21,683 bases of DNA from Ginkgo biloba (taxonomy: Eukaryota; Plantae; Ginkgophyta). A program made the translations under genes and the position numbers. The stretch spans positions 18,302,481 through 18,324,163 of the forward strand of contig JANKJI020000001.1 in the NCBI GenBank assembly GCA_024626585.2, read 5' to 3'. Under the pieces are notes generated by a model. That model saw nothing but the letters and a program-made list of their open reading frames with translations. It ran no database searches and was not told the origin of the DNA. Within the stretch, counting starts at the first letter, position 1, and each line of letters starts with the position of its first letter. Positions 10,341-21,683 of the stretch are shown here, one piece after another.

Positions 10341-10354
10341 CGTTTGTATCCATG
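10341..10354 (-). promoter_or_regulatory. AW-box (CnTnG-n7-CG), WRINKLED/AP2 binding site in the STR2 promoter
   Basis: The minus strand reads CATGG-ATACAAA-CG, an exact consensus match 305-318 nt upstream of the ATG. The motif is short and degenerate, so a chance match is possible. Confidence 0.5.
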
Positions 10355-11100
10355 GACGACCTTTTCTTTTCTCATTTAATATTGAATTTCTTGTATTCAT
10401 CAACATCAACAATGCACATAACCCAATTCTTATACTGTCCTATGCTCCAATATTAAAATCATGTCAATGTATACAAGAAATTAAACTATATTCGTTAATC
10501 AATGGCTATCATCGATCCACTCCAACCCTGCACACAACATGCAATAGGAATACGTTGACATATTGGCCTTTTATTATGGGTTTTTGTTACTTAGNNNNNN
10601 NNNNNNNNNNNNNNNNNNNNNNNNNNNNNNNNNNNNNNNNNNNNNNNNNNNNNNNNNNNNNNNNNNNNNNNNNNNNNNNNNNNNNNNNNNNNNNTTATTA
10701 TTATTTTGTTTTAAGTTGTCTGTACAAAGGGGAAGAAAATTACACGCATGCAATCACAACCTATGTTAGAAAAAAGGGAGTGCAACCGTATAATGGCCCA
10801 CAAATATACCTTAAGGCTAAGAGTGAGTAATCTTGGGGAATTTTATTTTCCTGACACTACTACACGATTACGGCTAAATGGTTTCTATGCTAGGCTTACA
10901 CAATCTTTCTAGGGGCATCCTTAATATACCTTTTGATATGTGAGGCCCAAATCCATGATAAGAATTTATATACCCTATCGGAACACAGGGTTTGTTGTGA
11001 TGCACAATGATGAAATCCAAGACACCCAACCCTAATAAAAAGAAATGAAAAGATCCCACCATTTCTTATTCTCAACACCATCTTTCAACACAAGAGAAGA

Positions 11101-11108
11101 GAATATGC
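11101..11108. promoter_or_regulatory. P1BS (GNATATNC) PHR-binding candidate upstream of STR2
   Basis: GAATATGC about 1.07 kb upstream of the ATG. It has only 6 fixed bases and lies beyond an unsized gap. Confidence 0.25.
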
Positions 11109-12247
11109 GACTAGATCACGTACACATAAACAAGATAGAAAGGACTGAATAATTAAACAAAAATGCTTATAAAATAAATTTATTTGCATTGAAGATTCTT
11201 ATAACTTAGTCTACTTTTTTTTTTTTTTTTTAGGATGTACGTATAAAATGGTTAGTAATTTCATATTTAAGTCAAGTCTATGACAAATGATTCCTACAAT
11301 TTAATAGCATTAGAATGCAAATGTAACACATTAGAACACTACAACATGAATGGACTCCATTGTGGTGATTGTTTCTCTAGAAAAACATATAAAGAGAGGG
11401 AGTATTATGAAGATATGATGTGATATCTATGTAAGAATCATATGATGCATTGTTCCCTTATCACTTAGTAGAATACGTATGTCAAATAATAAGAATATCA
11501 CCTTTTAGATGCTACTGTGACATGCTTTATGAAGTGATGAAAAATGGTATGCTCAACCTGCCACTAATATGCTTGAAATCTATGCACGTTGTGAATCTTT
11601 ATCAAAAATGTTTTTTTTATTGTATGCCGAGTCTTAAGAATGTCTTGGATTATAGAATCATCCATTAATTGTGAGTTTGTGGTTTCTCTTTGCCTGTTAG
11701 TCTAGGTATTCAACCATTTATTGATTGTATTCATAGCATATCTGTCAACCAATCATAACAATTATGTAATAATATCATCTCTAAATCCATCGAATATTGA
11801 TAGTATGGTTAGAAAACATATAAATCCACTTGGCCACCTATGCTTTGTCTAGACCTTTATTCACATCACCCTATAATGCAATGTTATCCATGTACTAAGA
11901 TAACCCTATCAAAAAATATGCATCCTCTTGAGTGACTAGAAGATAATGATCGTTGAACCTAAAATCCCTCCTTTAGGGATCCCATCTACTAATAATAATG
12001 CTTAAAAGGTAGTTATTTTNNNNNNNNNNNNNNNNNNNNNNNNNNNNNNGAAAAATATCAAGAATACATAACTCCTAAGTATCTCTCACAAATCTTGATT
12101 ATTATCCCACTAATCTATCTCAATGCCAACCTAATTGTGACTGATAATCAACAACTCAATCATGATGAATCTTCAAGAAGAAAAATAAGCTAAAAATCGA
12201 TATAAAATCATCAAATAAATTCTTAAGTTTCACTCTAACATAGCGCA

Positions 12248-12387
12248 ATGCCTTTTTCTTGACATGATGCCTTTCTCCTCACTTTATAGCCTTTTTCTTA
12301 AAGTCATTGAATATTTGTTTGATTATGTAATGACTTTTATTGAAGGCATCATGCCTTCTCCTTAAATGCATTATGCCTTTTCTTGAA
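12248..12387. repeat. Cluster of about 5 degenerate ATGCCTTTT(T)CTT motifs
   Basis: atgcctttttctt, atgcctttctcct, atagcctttttctt, atgccttctcctt and atgccttttctt within 140 nt. Confidence 0.6.
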
Positions 12388-12699
12388 TCATAAAAGAAGC
12401 AACACATCTAAGAATACTCATCACATGACTTAGACCTCCCAAAAATTTAAAAATTTTATGAAAAATAAATAAATAATTAGTAAAACATTAAATAGATAGA
12501 ATTAAAAGGGAATATTAGTGATCCTGCTTATAATCCCTAACTAATGTGACACCCCCTAAATTTGTCTAAATATTCCTCAAAATAACTCTACACTCGTTTN
12601 NNNNNNNNNNNNNNNNNNNNNNNNNNNNNNNNNNNNNNNNNNNNNNNNNNNNNNNNNNNNNNNNNNNNNNNNNNNNNNNNNNNNNNNNNNNNNNNNNNN

Positions 12700-12789
12700 G
12701 AGAAAGGGTGGGGAGTGGGCTTCTACAAGCAAATGCATGGCATCATCGAGCTGATGCTGTCTCCTCAGTAATTGCTCTTATTGGTGTTG
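12700..12789 (+). CDS. MTP6: Internal exon of a cation diffusion facilitator, metal tolerance protein MTP6/MTPC1-type (TM5); 5' end hidden in gap 12600-12699
   Basis: Translates (G)ERVGSGLLQANAWHHRADAVSSVIALIGV-G, followed by a strong donor GTAAGC at 12790. Contains the CDF TM5 HxxxD metal-site motif (HHRAD) and resembles the recalled Arabidopsis MTP6 stretch GSGLMMANAWHHRSDAISSLVALVGVG. No stops or frameshifts. Confidence 0.85.
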
Positions 12790-15700
12790 GTAAGCAGTTG
12801 GATTCGATCTACAATAATTTGATATTTACTATCTTGAACTACCCACTATAGGCATGACTTGGAAATAACAGTTCGTAGGCACTTCTTTAGAGTTTAACCA
12901 AATGTNNNNNNNNNNCAGTCTAACACTGCAAGATTTGTCATACATTATTTTTGCCCTCCACAATGAGAATGTAGGCTCAAAAGAGGTGATTATCACCTTT
13001 ATTTCTATTTTTTAATTTCAGAGATCAGGTAAGGTGTCATTAATCTACATGGTCAATCTAATGACACGGAATGCATCCCAATCCTGATATTAGAGCATCA
13101 GTTCCCTGTGTGACATAGGTTTGGACTTGGTAAGGAGATTTGATGGTGGCATTCATGATCACTAATGGTCCTTATTACATAATACAATTTACTTAGCTTT
13201 AATACGCAGAAATGTGTACAATTTAGGATCATAGTCCACCATCCAACCTGTAGCAATTTCTAATAGATTATCATCTTCTCCATAATGAGATTAGGGCCCT
13301 GGACCTTCATCATTTTGTCTGTGGTTAACAAAAGTAGCTTTGTTTGTTCCTTTTTGGGCTTATTATCAAAGTTCATATGCATAATTTTATTCTTTATAAA
13401 AAAACATTAAAGAAAATATCGACCTTCATGGAACTCCAACGACCTCCATTGTTTGTCCACAACTCTTTTTTTTTGGCGTCTGAGTCTGGATAGAGTTTCT
13501 TACTTCAACACCGTCCCCATTACTACAATCAAANNNNNNNNNNNNNNNNNNNNNNNNNNNNNNNNNNNNNNNNNNNNNNNNNNNNNNNNNNNNNNNNNNN
13601 NNNNNNNGGATTGAATCCATCTTCAACAAAGATCAATTCATAGTCACACATAATCACACAAAGCTACCAATTTCATTTTTTCTAATTTCTCTTGAAGCTC
13701 TCCTAAAGTCATTTTATAATAAGTCAAAGGGGCCAAAGAGATAATTTTATCAACCAGTTATATTCTATCCATGTGACCCAACCTAATCTCTTATAAGGGC
13801 TTAATAGTTACTCATCATTCATCTTCACCTTTTTCTCGCTGCCCTCTCAAGTAATTCTATTCCACAACTCTTTTGTAGCTTCATTATGCCTAAGGTAGTC
13901 CCTATTTAGTTTCATTGCATTTTTAGTTCACCTATTCGCTAATCTAGAGGAGTGGTTAAATGTTGAAGTGGAGGAAGCAATAACAAGACATTGTAGGTGG
14001 GCTCAAATTTCAATGACACTCACGACATGTTACACATAGGCCTTCATGAATAAGGGTTAAGATTATAAATTTNNNNNNNNNNNNNNNNNNAACCAGGCCA
14101 TAGCTCGCTCACTCACACGTTCAATGATTGACATTCTTTTTCCACTAACATATATGTCGTAGATATTTTTCTCTTTGTAAGCTTCCATCGATTCATTTTT
14201 TTTATTTTGCGTATGCCATTTACATCTCTATGATTTTCTGTGCAGGTCTCTAATGCTTCAGCTATTGTTGATCTAATATTTATATTAACATTTATATTAN
14301 NNNNNNNNNNNNNNNNNNNNNNNNNNNNNNNNNNNNNNNNNNNNNNNNNNNNNNNNNNNNNNNNNNNNNNNNNNNNNNNNNNNNNNNNNNNNNNNNNNNG
14401 ACCTACGATCACATATGAACACATGTATTCACTTCATCAGGGGATTAAGAGAACCTCATATGAAAGTGAAAAATATTCATTTGAAATAAGCTTATACCTT
14501 ATTCAATATAGTTTATATTTTGCTAGGTCTGTAGGGTCAGGGTCATGGACCACCCTTCACAATTGCATGCACTAATCCTCCAAACTTTGATTCCTTGATG
14601 GGTGGACTTGAAAGGACATTTAACTAATGTGCATACTTTTTTGAGTTTGAAAATTTAAGGTGAATTCACACTCAACCATCATAAATATTCTGATCCTTGA
14701 TATGTTACCACAAACCCAATCATAATTCATAACTAGAATAAAGTCATGGCACCAATTTTGAGGTATCTCCCAAACTCGTTAAGGATATTGCAAAGAAATA
14801 TATTATTTATTTCCTCATCCTTTTTCAAAAAATAACATCACACTTTTCATCACCCTTTACACTTTCATAGATGTCAGTCAGTCCTAGTAGAAACCCAAAG
14901 ATAGTCAATTTGTAACCTCATAGGATGTCTTAGACATTCCAACCTACAACAATTAGAGAAGGAAATTAGTTGAGATAAAAAAGATAAGGTTAATGGTGAA
15001 CTCTAAATTTGAAAAATTCAAACTCCTAATTATGTGACATGTTCTTTATAATGTTGTGATTAATTTGTCCTTTAAGAGTGGCATAATTTATGGGTTAACA
15101 AGGTGGCCTTCATGGGGAAGAATATCCCCCATGGGTATGTGAATTCTAAAATCTCTAGTTTTTCCATACAATTTTGATCCGTGAAAAATATTTTCATGGT
15201 AATGATGTTACAAAATGAATGATCTTCTAATATGCATCAAGCATTCCATGAGATGTATGCTCTATTATAAATAACCCTTCTGGTAGGATTTGTGGAGCCA
15301 ATCTCATTCTTAATCTAGGACTTGTTATAAACTTAAGTGTTGGTCATGGAAAAAATTGATTTTCTTCACCAACTCTTTTGTGATGGGAGAAAAGTTAGTC
15401 AAAATAAAGATAAGAATCACGACCATATTTTCTCTTCTTTCTTTTATAAAGTCTTGTATGGAAGGAGTCGACAAAATGGATAACAAAGGATAAGGATGAT
15501 AAGAACTAATTGACACTTTTAACGATCCCTTTACTACTTCTAGCGATCCCTCCCTGAACATNNNNNNNNNNNNNNNNNNNNNNNNNNNNNNNNNNNNNNN
15601 NNNNNNNNNNNNNNNNNNNNNNNNNNNNNNNNNNNNNNNNNNNNNNNNNNNNNNNNNNNNNTATATAATATAAAAAATATTATATTTGACCATTATATAA

Positions 15701-18700
15701 TTTATTAATATGATCTGAAAAGGATGAATGAATATAGTAATTAAATTATAATTATCAACTTAAAAATAGAATTTATCATCTAATTATCCTTTCTTAACAA
15801 GATGTTAACTAGTTCACTTGAATTGGTCTTATAATTTTTCTATGCATTTACACTACTAAATTTATTCATTGAACACTCAATTCAGTTGAATCATTAGGCT
15901 TTCTTAAGGGTTTCTTGCACCACTTTATCATTTGTGCCACTATTATTGTTTGCCACATTCATATGGAACATCTCTTTAGGCCTCAACGGTTTCAGTAATT
16001 GTATATGTCTACATGTTGCACACTTCTCCCCTATAGTTATAACCTTAAAGTACTCCAAACAAAAATTCTTTCATATTTAGATAAAAAAAAATATAATCCT
16101 TCCTTTCTTTTCTTTTCTTGTCTAAACATATCCCTTAGTATATATATTATAAAATTACCCACTTTATATTTAATTTTTATTAGAAGATCCTAATTTGTTT
16201 GTATATTTAAATTGATGTAATATAACATTCATTATAATATTGATAATTTATTTCTAGTGTAGACACATGGTTATAATGGCATATCGACAAACAACTAATA
16301 TTATGACAAAAATAAAGTGCTCAATAATGAATTGAGAAAGGGGATGGAATTATAACACATTTGTGTAGTCATAAGAAGGTGTTGGTGCTTAGTACTCGAA
16401 GTGGTAGTGTCTAATAAAATAATCTAATCAAATTTCCCATGAATAGTATGTTATTTTCCCAAACTAGTATGTATGGTTATGGTTAATTATGTGATACCTA
16501 CGATTAATTATGTTGCATACATAAGATACATGTGATAGACTATGTTTGCAAAGAGTTACCGCAATGGTATGTAGGCTATGATTAAGGGTATGGAACCCAT
16601 TTTGAGTATGTAAGGGAAAGAAATATTCACTCTGAACATATAATTTAAATTTTATCTTGATTTTACTTTGAACTTTAACTCCCTTTTAATATTTTGGATT
16701 CAAATGAGTCCCTTATTCTTTTCTTGGGATCAAATGGACCCCATTATTATTTATTTATTTTAAAGTATGATATTGTGGATTAGTAGTGTGGATATTGGCT
16801 ATAGTGTATATATATTTTGTGCATTATGTTTTTTCTCTATATTTTATATAATTTGGAGTGATATTTTCATAGTGGAACCTGTTTGGGTCACTATAGAGGA
16901 GGTGGCTTCAGCCTACGCATTTTGAAGCAATCCTTGGGCCATCTCCCCATGATAATTAGGCCCCTAACTATTTATAGAATGTTATTTTAAATATAAAAAT
17001 AAAAAGGGGGAGAAAAAAATTATTCAAACAATCAAAGAAATCAAGATGTGTTCAAACTTTAAAGTCTTGGACTAAGATAATCTAGAGAGATAAGAGGACT
17101 GTATCAAAATAAGGATCTCCTGTCCATAAAACATTTCCCTTGTATGATTAAAAATCATATTGATATTCAAGGAACATCAAGTAGAAGAACTTAAGAGGAA
17201 AGGATAAAATATGTAGGAGAAAAAATGGATCTAAGGAATATCGAAAACCAAGTAGGAGAGAAACCTCCTACCAAGTTCTCAAAAGAGGGGAAAGAAATTG
17301 GAAAGAGAAGACTCTCTATATATAAAACAACAAACATGTGAGATAAAAATATTAGAAAGGCTACAAACTTGGGAGGTATTAATAATGCAATCATTTGACT
17401 AGATCAAAATTACAAAGTAGAGTACATTAGAATCAACAAAATGTGGGGTTGCCAAAACAATAACATTAGCAATAGAAAAACATATTTGAGGTTATGAATT
17501 ACTAAAGCATTATCTCTACATAAAAAGTTTAAATTTAATAAATGTTCAAAATCGAATCTCAAAATAAAGGAGGTCAAACATAATACTTGAGTGATTTTGA
17601 TGTTAAAGTATCCTTATGATGTAGCCTTGTACTTCAAATTAAATCAATTATAAACTATATACTTTTTTTCAAACTAAAAATAAAAAAATAAACATTCTTT
17701 AATAAANNNNNNNNNNNNNNNNNNNNNNNNNNNNNNNNNNNNNNNNNNNNNNNNNNNNNNNNNNNNNNNNNNNNNNNNNNNNNNNNNNNNNNNNNNNNNN
17801 NNNNNNTTACAATGTGTATTGTATTAGTCATGGCATTTGCATAGTATTAGGGCCTCACAAGATAGGAGGAAAATTTCAAGCTCAAACTGATTTGGGTTCA
17901 AATACATAAAAGTTATAGGATAAAATGACAATTTTAGTAATGATTATGTAATATTGTTTGGAGTTGTATTCATGATGATCCAATGGCCTTGTGGTCCCCC
18001 TTAATTGTTGGAATAAACATAGAGCAACTTGGCCATATGGCAGTTTGAAGGGTCCTCCTTCTTTGTGAAGCATTATTTTTATTACAACATATTAAATGAA
18101 ATATTAGGAATAATCCTTCCCTTAGGTAATTTTTTAACTTAAAAACTTATTCACATAGGACCCTTCATTTGAGAAAGAAAAATCTCTTCAAATTTGAAAC
18201 CTTATTGCAATATTTTGAATCTTGATGGTCTATTCTTATGGAAGGATATGGATATAAATTTTAGGTTTCAAAGACTTGTAAAAAGTTTATCGCCTAAGTT
18301 CATTGAGGCAATAAAATAAAAATAAGTAGATAAAGCATGAATGGCTACCAAATACCTTTTTGGCATGTTATTTTCTACAAGATAACTTGTAGTGGGTAGA
18401 TGAAATATTTTTCATATTTCTCTTAGGGAAGAATAATCATGCAATAATTTCTCTATGCTTCTATTATATCTTCTCAGGATATATAATTCCTTAATGCTAC
18501 TGAACCAACATTTTCTATACAATATAAAATAAAAATCTTTGTGTCATAAATGACTACACTGATAATAAAATCAAAGATGCACCAACTTGAGAGTTGATCA
18601 ACTAGTGTGAACTATCCATCTTAAAGGTTTGTATAACTCTCATGTTGAAAATTTTTGGCATTAATATTTTTTATATTTGCATGTTCTTGGAATTATATAA

Positions 18701-20344
18701 AAGTGTTATATTCTTTTCATATTTTTTATTTTAATCTCTAACCTTATAATGCATTTCCATTACTTCTACATGAATAATTCTCAAGATATTATTTTCTTAT
18801 AAGTATTTATTTAAATAATAGATAGAATTTCAACTCCCATCTACATAACTTGTAACACATATTTTCTTACTATAAAATTATGGAAGATTAAAATAAAGAA
18901 ACCCTTGAATCATTGGCCACCTTTCATTTAGATAGTTTGATCTTGGATCCTAGTTAGTGAGCAATTTTGAAGGGTGTTACTTCTTTTCAACTTAAAGGGA
19001 TTCCACACATATATCCCTTCTTCATTGAAAATTTTCAAAAATAATAACACTTCAATGGACTAGTATGAAAAAAATTTACTATATCTAAATAAAATGACTA
19101 AATTNNNNNNNNNNNNNNNNNNNNNNNNNNNNNNNNNNNNNNNNNNNNNNNNNNNNNNNNNNNNNNNNNNNNNNNNNNNNNNNNNNNNNNNNNNNNNNNN
19201 NNNNTTTTTAAATTTTGTTGTTACGGATTTTTGGCATAACAGCGGCCTCGTGGTAGGCCTAGACAGGCCATGACACTTCCAAGAAGTTGTTTAATGGCCT
19301 AGGAGTCACATAGGGGATGGGAAGGAGGAGGAAGGGGCCTGAGGAGGTCACCCATCCTCTACGAATGATTGGAGATGCAACACAAGCTTAACAACTACCA
19401 AGTCAAGTAACAGAATCGCTGATAGTAAAAAGGAGGGAACGAGAGTGCATGGAGGGCCTAAGGACACTAGGGAGATGAGAAATTATTCAAGGGAATAATT
19501 GGAAGCTCAGTGGTGAAGAAGAAATATGGGGGAAGCAAAGAAACGAGGGAGAAAGGGACAACCACTGCCCACATCACCAAAAATAATGAAAAATTCACAA
19601 AAAGAATTATACTAACTTTTAAAAATGAATTTAGAAGAAAATTTCAGACCACATTTGCACAAGTGAAAATAAATTCATTGACATAATGCAATAGGCAGGC
19701 AGAAACTTATGTAAATATGCATAAAAATAACTAGAGATCTACTCATGCTATAAAAGATTTAAAATTTTCCATAGTTCACATTACAGAATGGCCAACAATG
19801 GCTCCCATCTAGTCAAACAACTGTGCTACTCAGAATTTACAATAGGAAATGCTATATAAACTAGTAAAATAACTAGGAATGAGATGAAATTTATCCTCTC
19901 TCTATGAATTGTCAGATGGAAAATCTTCAAACTACTGCAACTCCTCCAAAAGCTTCTAAAATTCTGCTCCAATGAAAACTAAAAATCTCTCTCTCCTTCT
20001 TACAGCCGCTTTCTCTCTACCAAAAATGCTCATTCCCCTCCTTCAAAAACATTCAATGCATCAATTGTATGATTCCAATTCCCTCTCCCAGTGCAAAACT
20101 TCTCCATTCACCAAACTCCTCTCAAAATAAGTTGCCCATTTGATCCGTTTTTCGGATCTAAAAAATTGAGTATCTATTATTTTACTAAGTTTGTCAACTT
20201 GAAGAGAAAACTAAATGGAATCCATACATTTTCATGCTATGATCNNNNNNNNNNNNNNNNNNNNNNNNNNNNNNNNNNNNNNNNNNNNNNNNNNNNNNNN
20301 NNNNNNNNNNNNNNNNNNNNNNNNNNNNNNNNNNNNNNNNNNNN

Positions 20345-20387
<43 letters not shown>
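20345..20387. repeat. (TA)n(TG)~17 microsatellite abutting a gap
   Basis: Read directly from the sequence. Confidence 0.92.
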
Positions 20388-20391
<4 letters not shown>

Positions 20392-21683
20392 GACCAACTT
20401 TGAGCTTAAATGCAATTGAAAATCCCCTTAGACACATATAGATTAAGGATATACATATATACTTGACTATTTTCATTGCTCGTTTTATTCATATAATATG
20501 AGTATTTTTTAATAATTCAAGGCATATTATTATCTAAAGTATCCTATGAAGCAACCTGAACATATGCCATAATTGCAGTTGTTAGATATTAGAATATTTA
20601 GGAATTACCAATAGGGATCAATTTTGAAGACTTCAATGCGCTTCATAGGCCACTTTCCTCTATAAAAGGTCTCTAATGTTTTGTCTTTCATATGAAAAGC
20701 CATAATAATATTTTCCTAGTCAAAGGACACTACAATAACAAATCATTCAAGTTTATAGCATACTAATTTCTTTCTAATAATGATTTGAAGGGAAGGATTA
20801 TCCCTAATATTTCATTTAAGAATGTATAATACAAATATCCTCTCACAAGGAAGGAGAACTCTACCTATAAAATTTGATCCTTAGACCAAAGTGCTTATAA
20901 TGAACCACACAAAAAGGTGAGAATAAAGGGCATGCTCTTAAAAATTATTTTATGGTTAGGAGTTTAGAGAAATTAAGCATATTTTAGATCCTTCTAGCAA
21001 TCACATTGACTTTCTTTATTTTTTATATTTTCAAAGCAATGTTTAGATAACGTGGTGATTGAAAATGGTTACAAGTACATTTATGAGATCACTTTGAAAC
21101 CCATCCTATCTCCAATAATATTCCTTTTATCAACCTNNNNNNNNNNNNNNNNNNNNNNNNNNNNNNNNNNNNNNNNNNNNNNNNNNNNNNNNNNNNNNNN
21201 NTAATTAATGTATTAACGATTATTTTTAACTACTTACAAACTATTTTTAATAGTTTTTAGTTAGTAAACAATTGAAGATTATGATCCATTATCTTAAGTG
21301 TTAAAGTTATTCAGTAAATAATTTGGGGTTAAAGGTAATTGGGATTTTATTTCATGAGGTTGGTATAAATTATATTTAGACATCCTTGTATTGTACTATA
21401 TTATGTATTCTTAATTATNNNNNNNNNNNNNNNNNNNNNNNNNNNNNNNNNNNNTTTAATCTTATCTCTATCATAAGCATAACTCTCTAGATATTTTAAG
21501 CCACACTGATTCAATTTTTTATTTTGTGACTCACATGGTAATATCATTTTAATGGGTAAAAAAGATTATAGTGGGTCATTTTAAAATTTATTTATTCTTT
21601 TTACATGTTTATCGAAGGGCACAATCAAGACTAAAAATGCCATCGAAACTATGGTTGATGGACAAGGCCATACGCCAAATTCT

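Noticed and set aside
11215-11231. T17 run as the poly(A) tail of a retroposed element (also 1844-1860)
   Set aside because: No target-site duplication or recognisable LINE/SINE body.
14240-14299. Acceptor-like ttttctgtgcag followed by VSNASAIVDLIF as the next MTP6 exon
   Set aside because: In the required phase 1 it hits a stop at once (G-GT CTC TAA) and shows no similarity to the expected GGS.LG...LDP.AG.
16866-16925. EPVWVTIEEVASAYAF* as a chromodomain-like remnant
   Set aside because: Too short and degenerate, with no adjoining integrase motifs.
19205-20200. Purine-rich, then CT-rich, LTR-like segment
   Set aside because: Probably TE-derived, but no termini, PBS, PPT or coding motif could be pinned down.

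Overview
AT-rich, gap-riddled eukaryotic (land-plant) genomic DNA, not prokaryotic. The main feature is a five-exon minus-strand gene (ATG 10036 to TGA 4907) encoding a half-size ABCG transporter that matches STR2 (STUNTED ARBUSCULE 2), the arbuscular-mycorrhiza ABCG implicated in lipid delivery to the fungus. It has a canonical AW-box about 310 bp upstream of the ATG. About 2.7 kb upstream, on the opposite (+) strand, lies a single exon missed by the ORF track (12700-12789, ...GSGLLQANAWHHRADAVSSVIALIGV|gtaagc). It encodes TM5 of an MTP6/MTPC1-type cation-diffusion-facilitator metal transporter. No other MTP exon is visible, so STR2 may be nested antisense inside a very large MTP6 intron, although unsized 100-N gaps prevent proof. 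The rest is mostly decayed, CpG-depleted, transposon-like sequence: an LTR-retroelement remnant (tRNA-Met PBS, G-patch ORF, two homologous LTR-like blocks), small tandem repeats and microsatellites. Two frame anomalies in STR2 coincide with N-gaps and are most likely assembly artefacts. Family assignments come from recalled protein motifs; no database search was run. A large-genome, gymnosperm-like host is an inference only.
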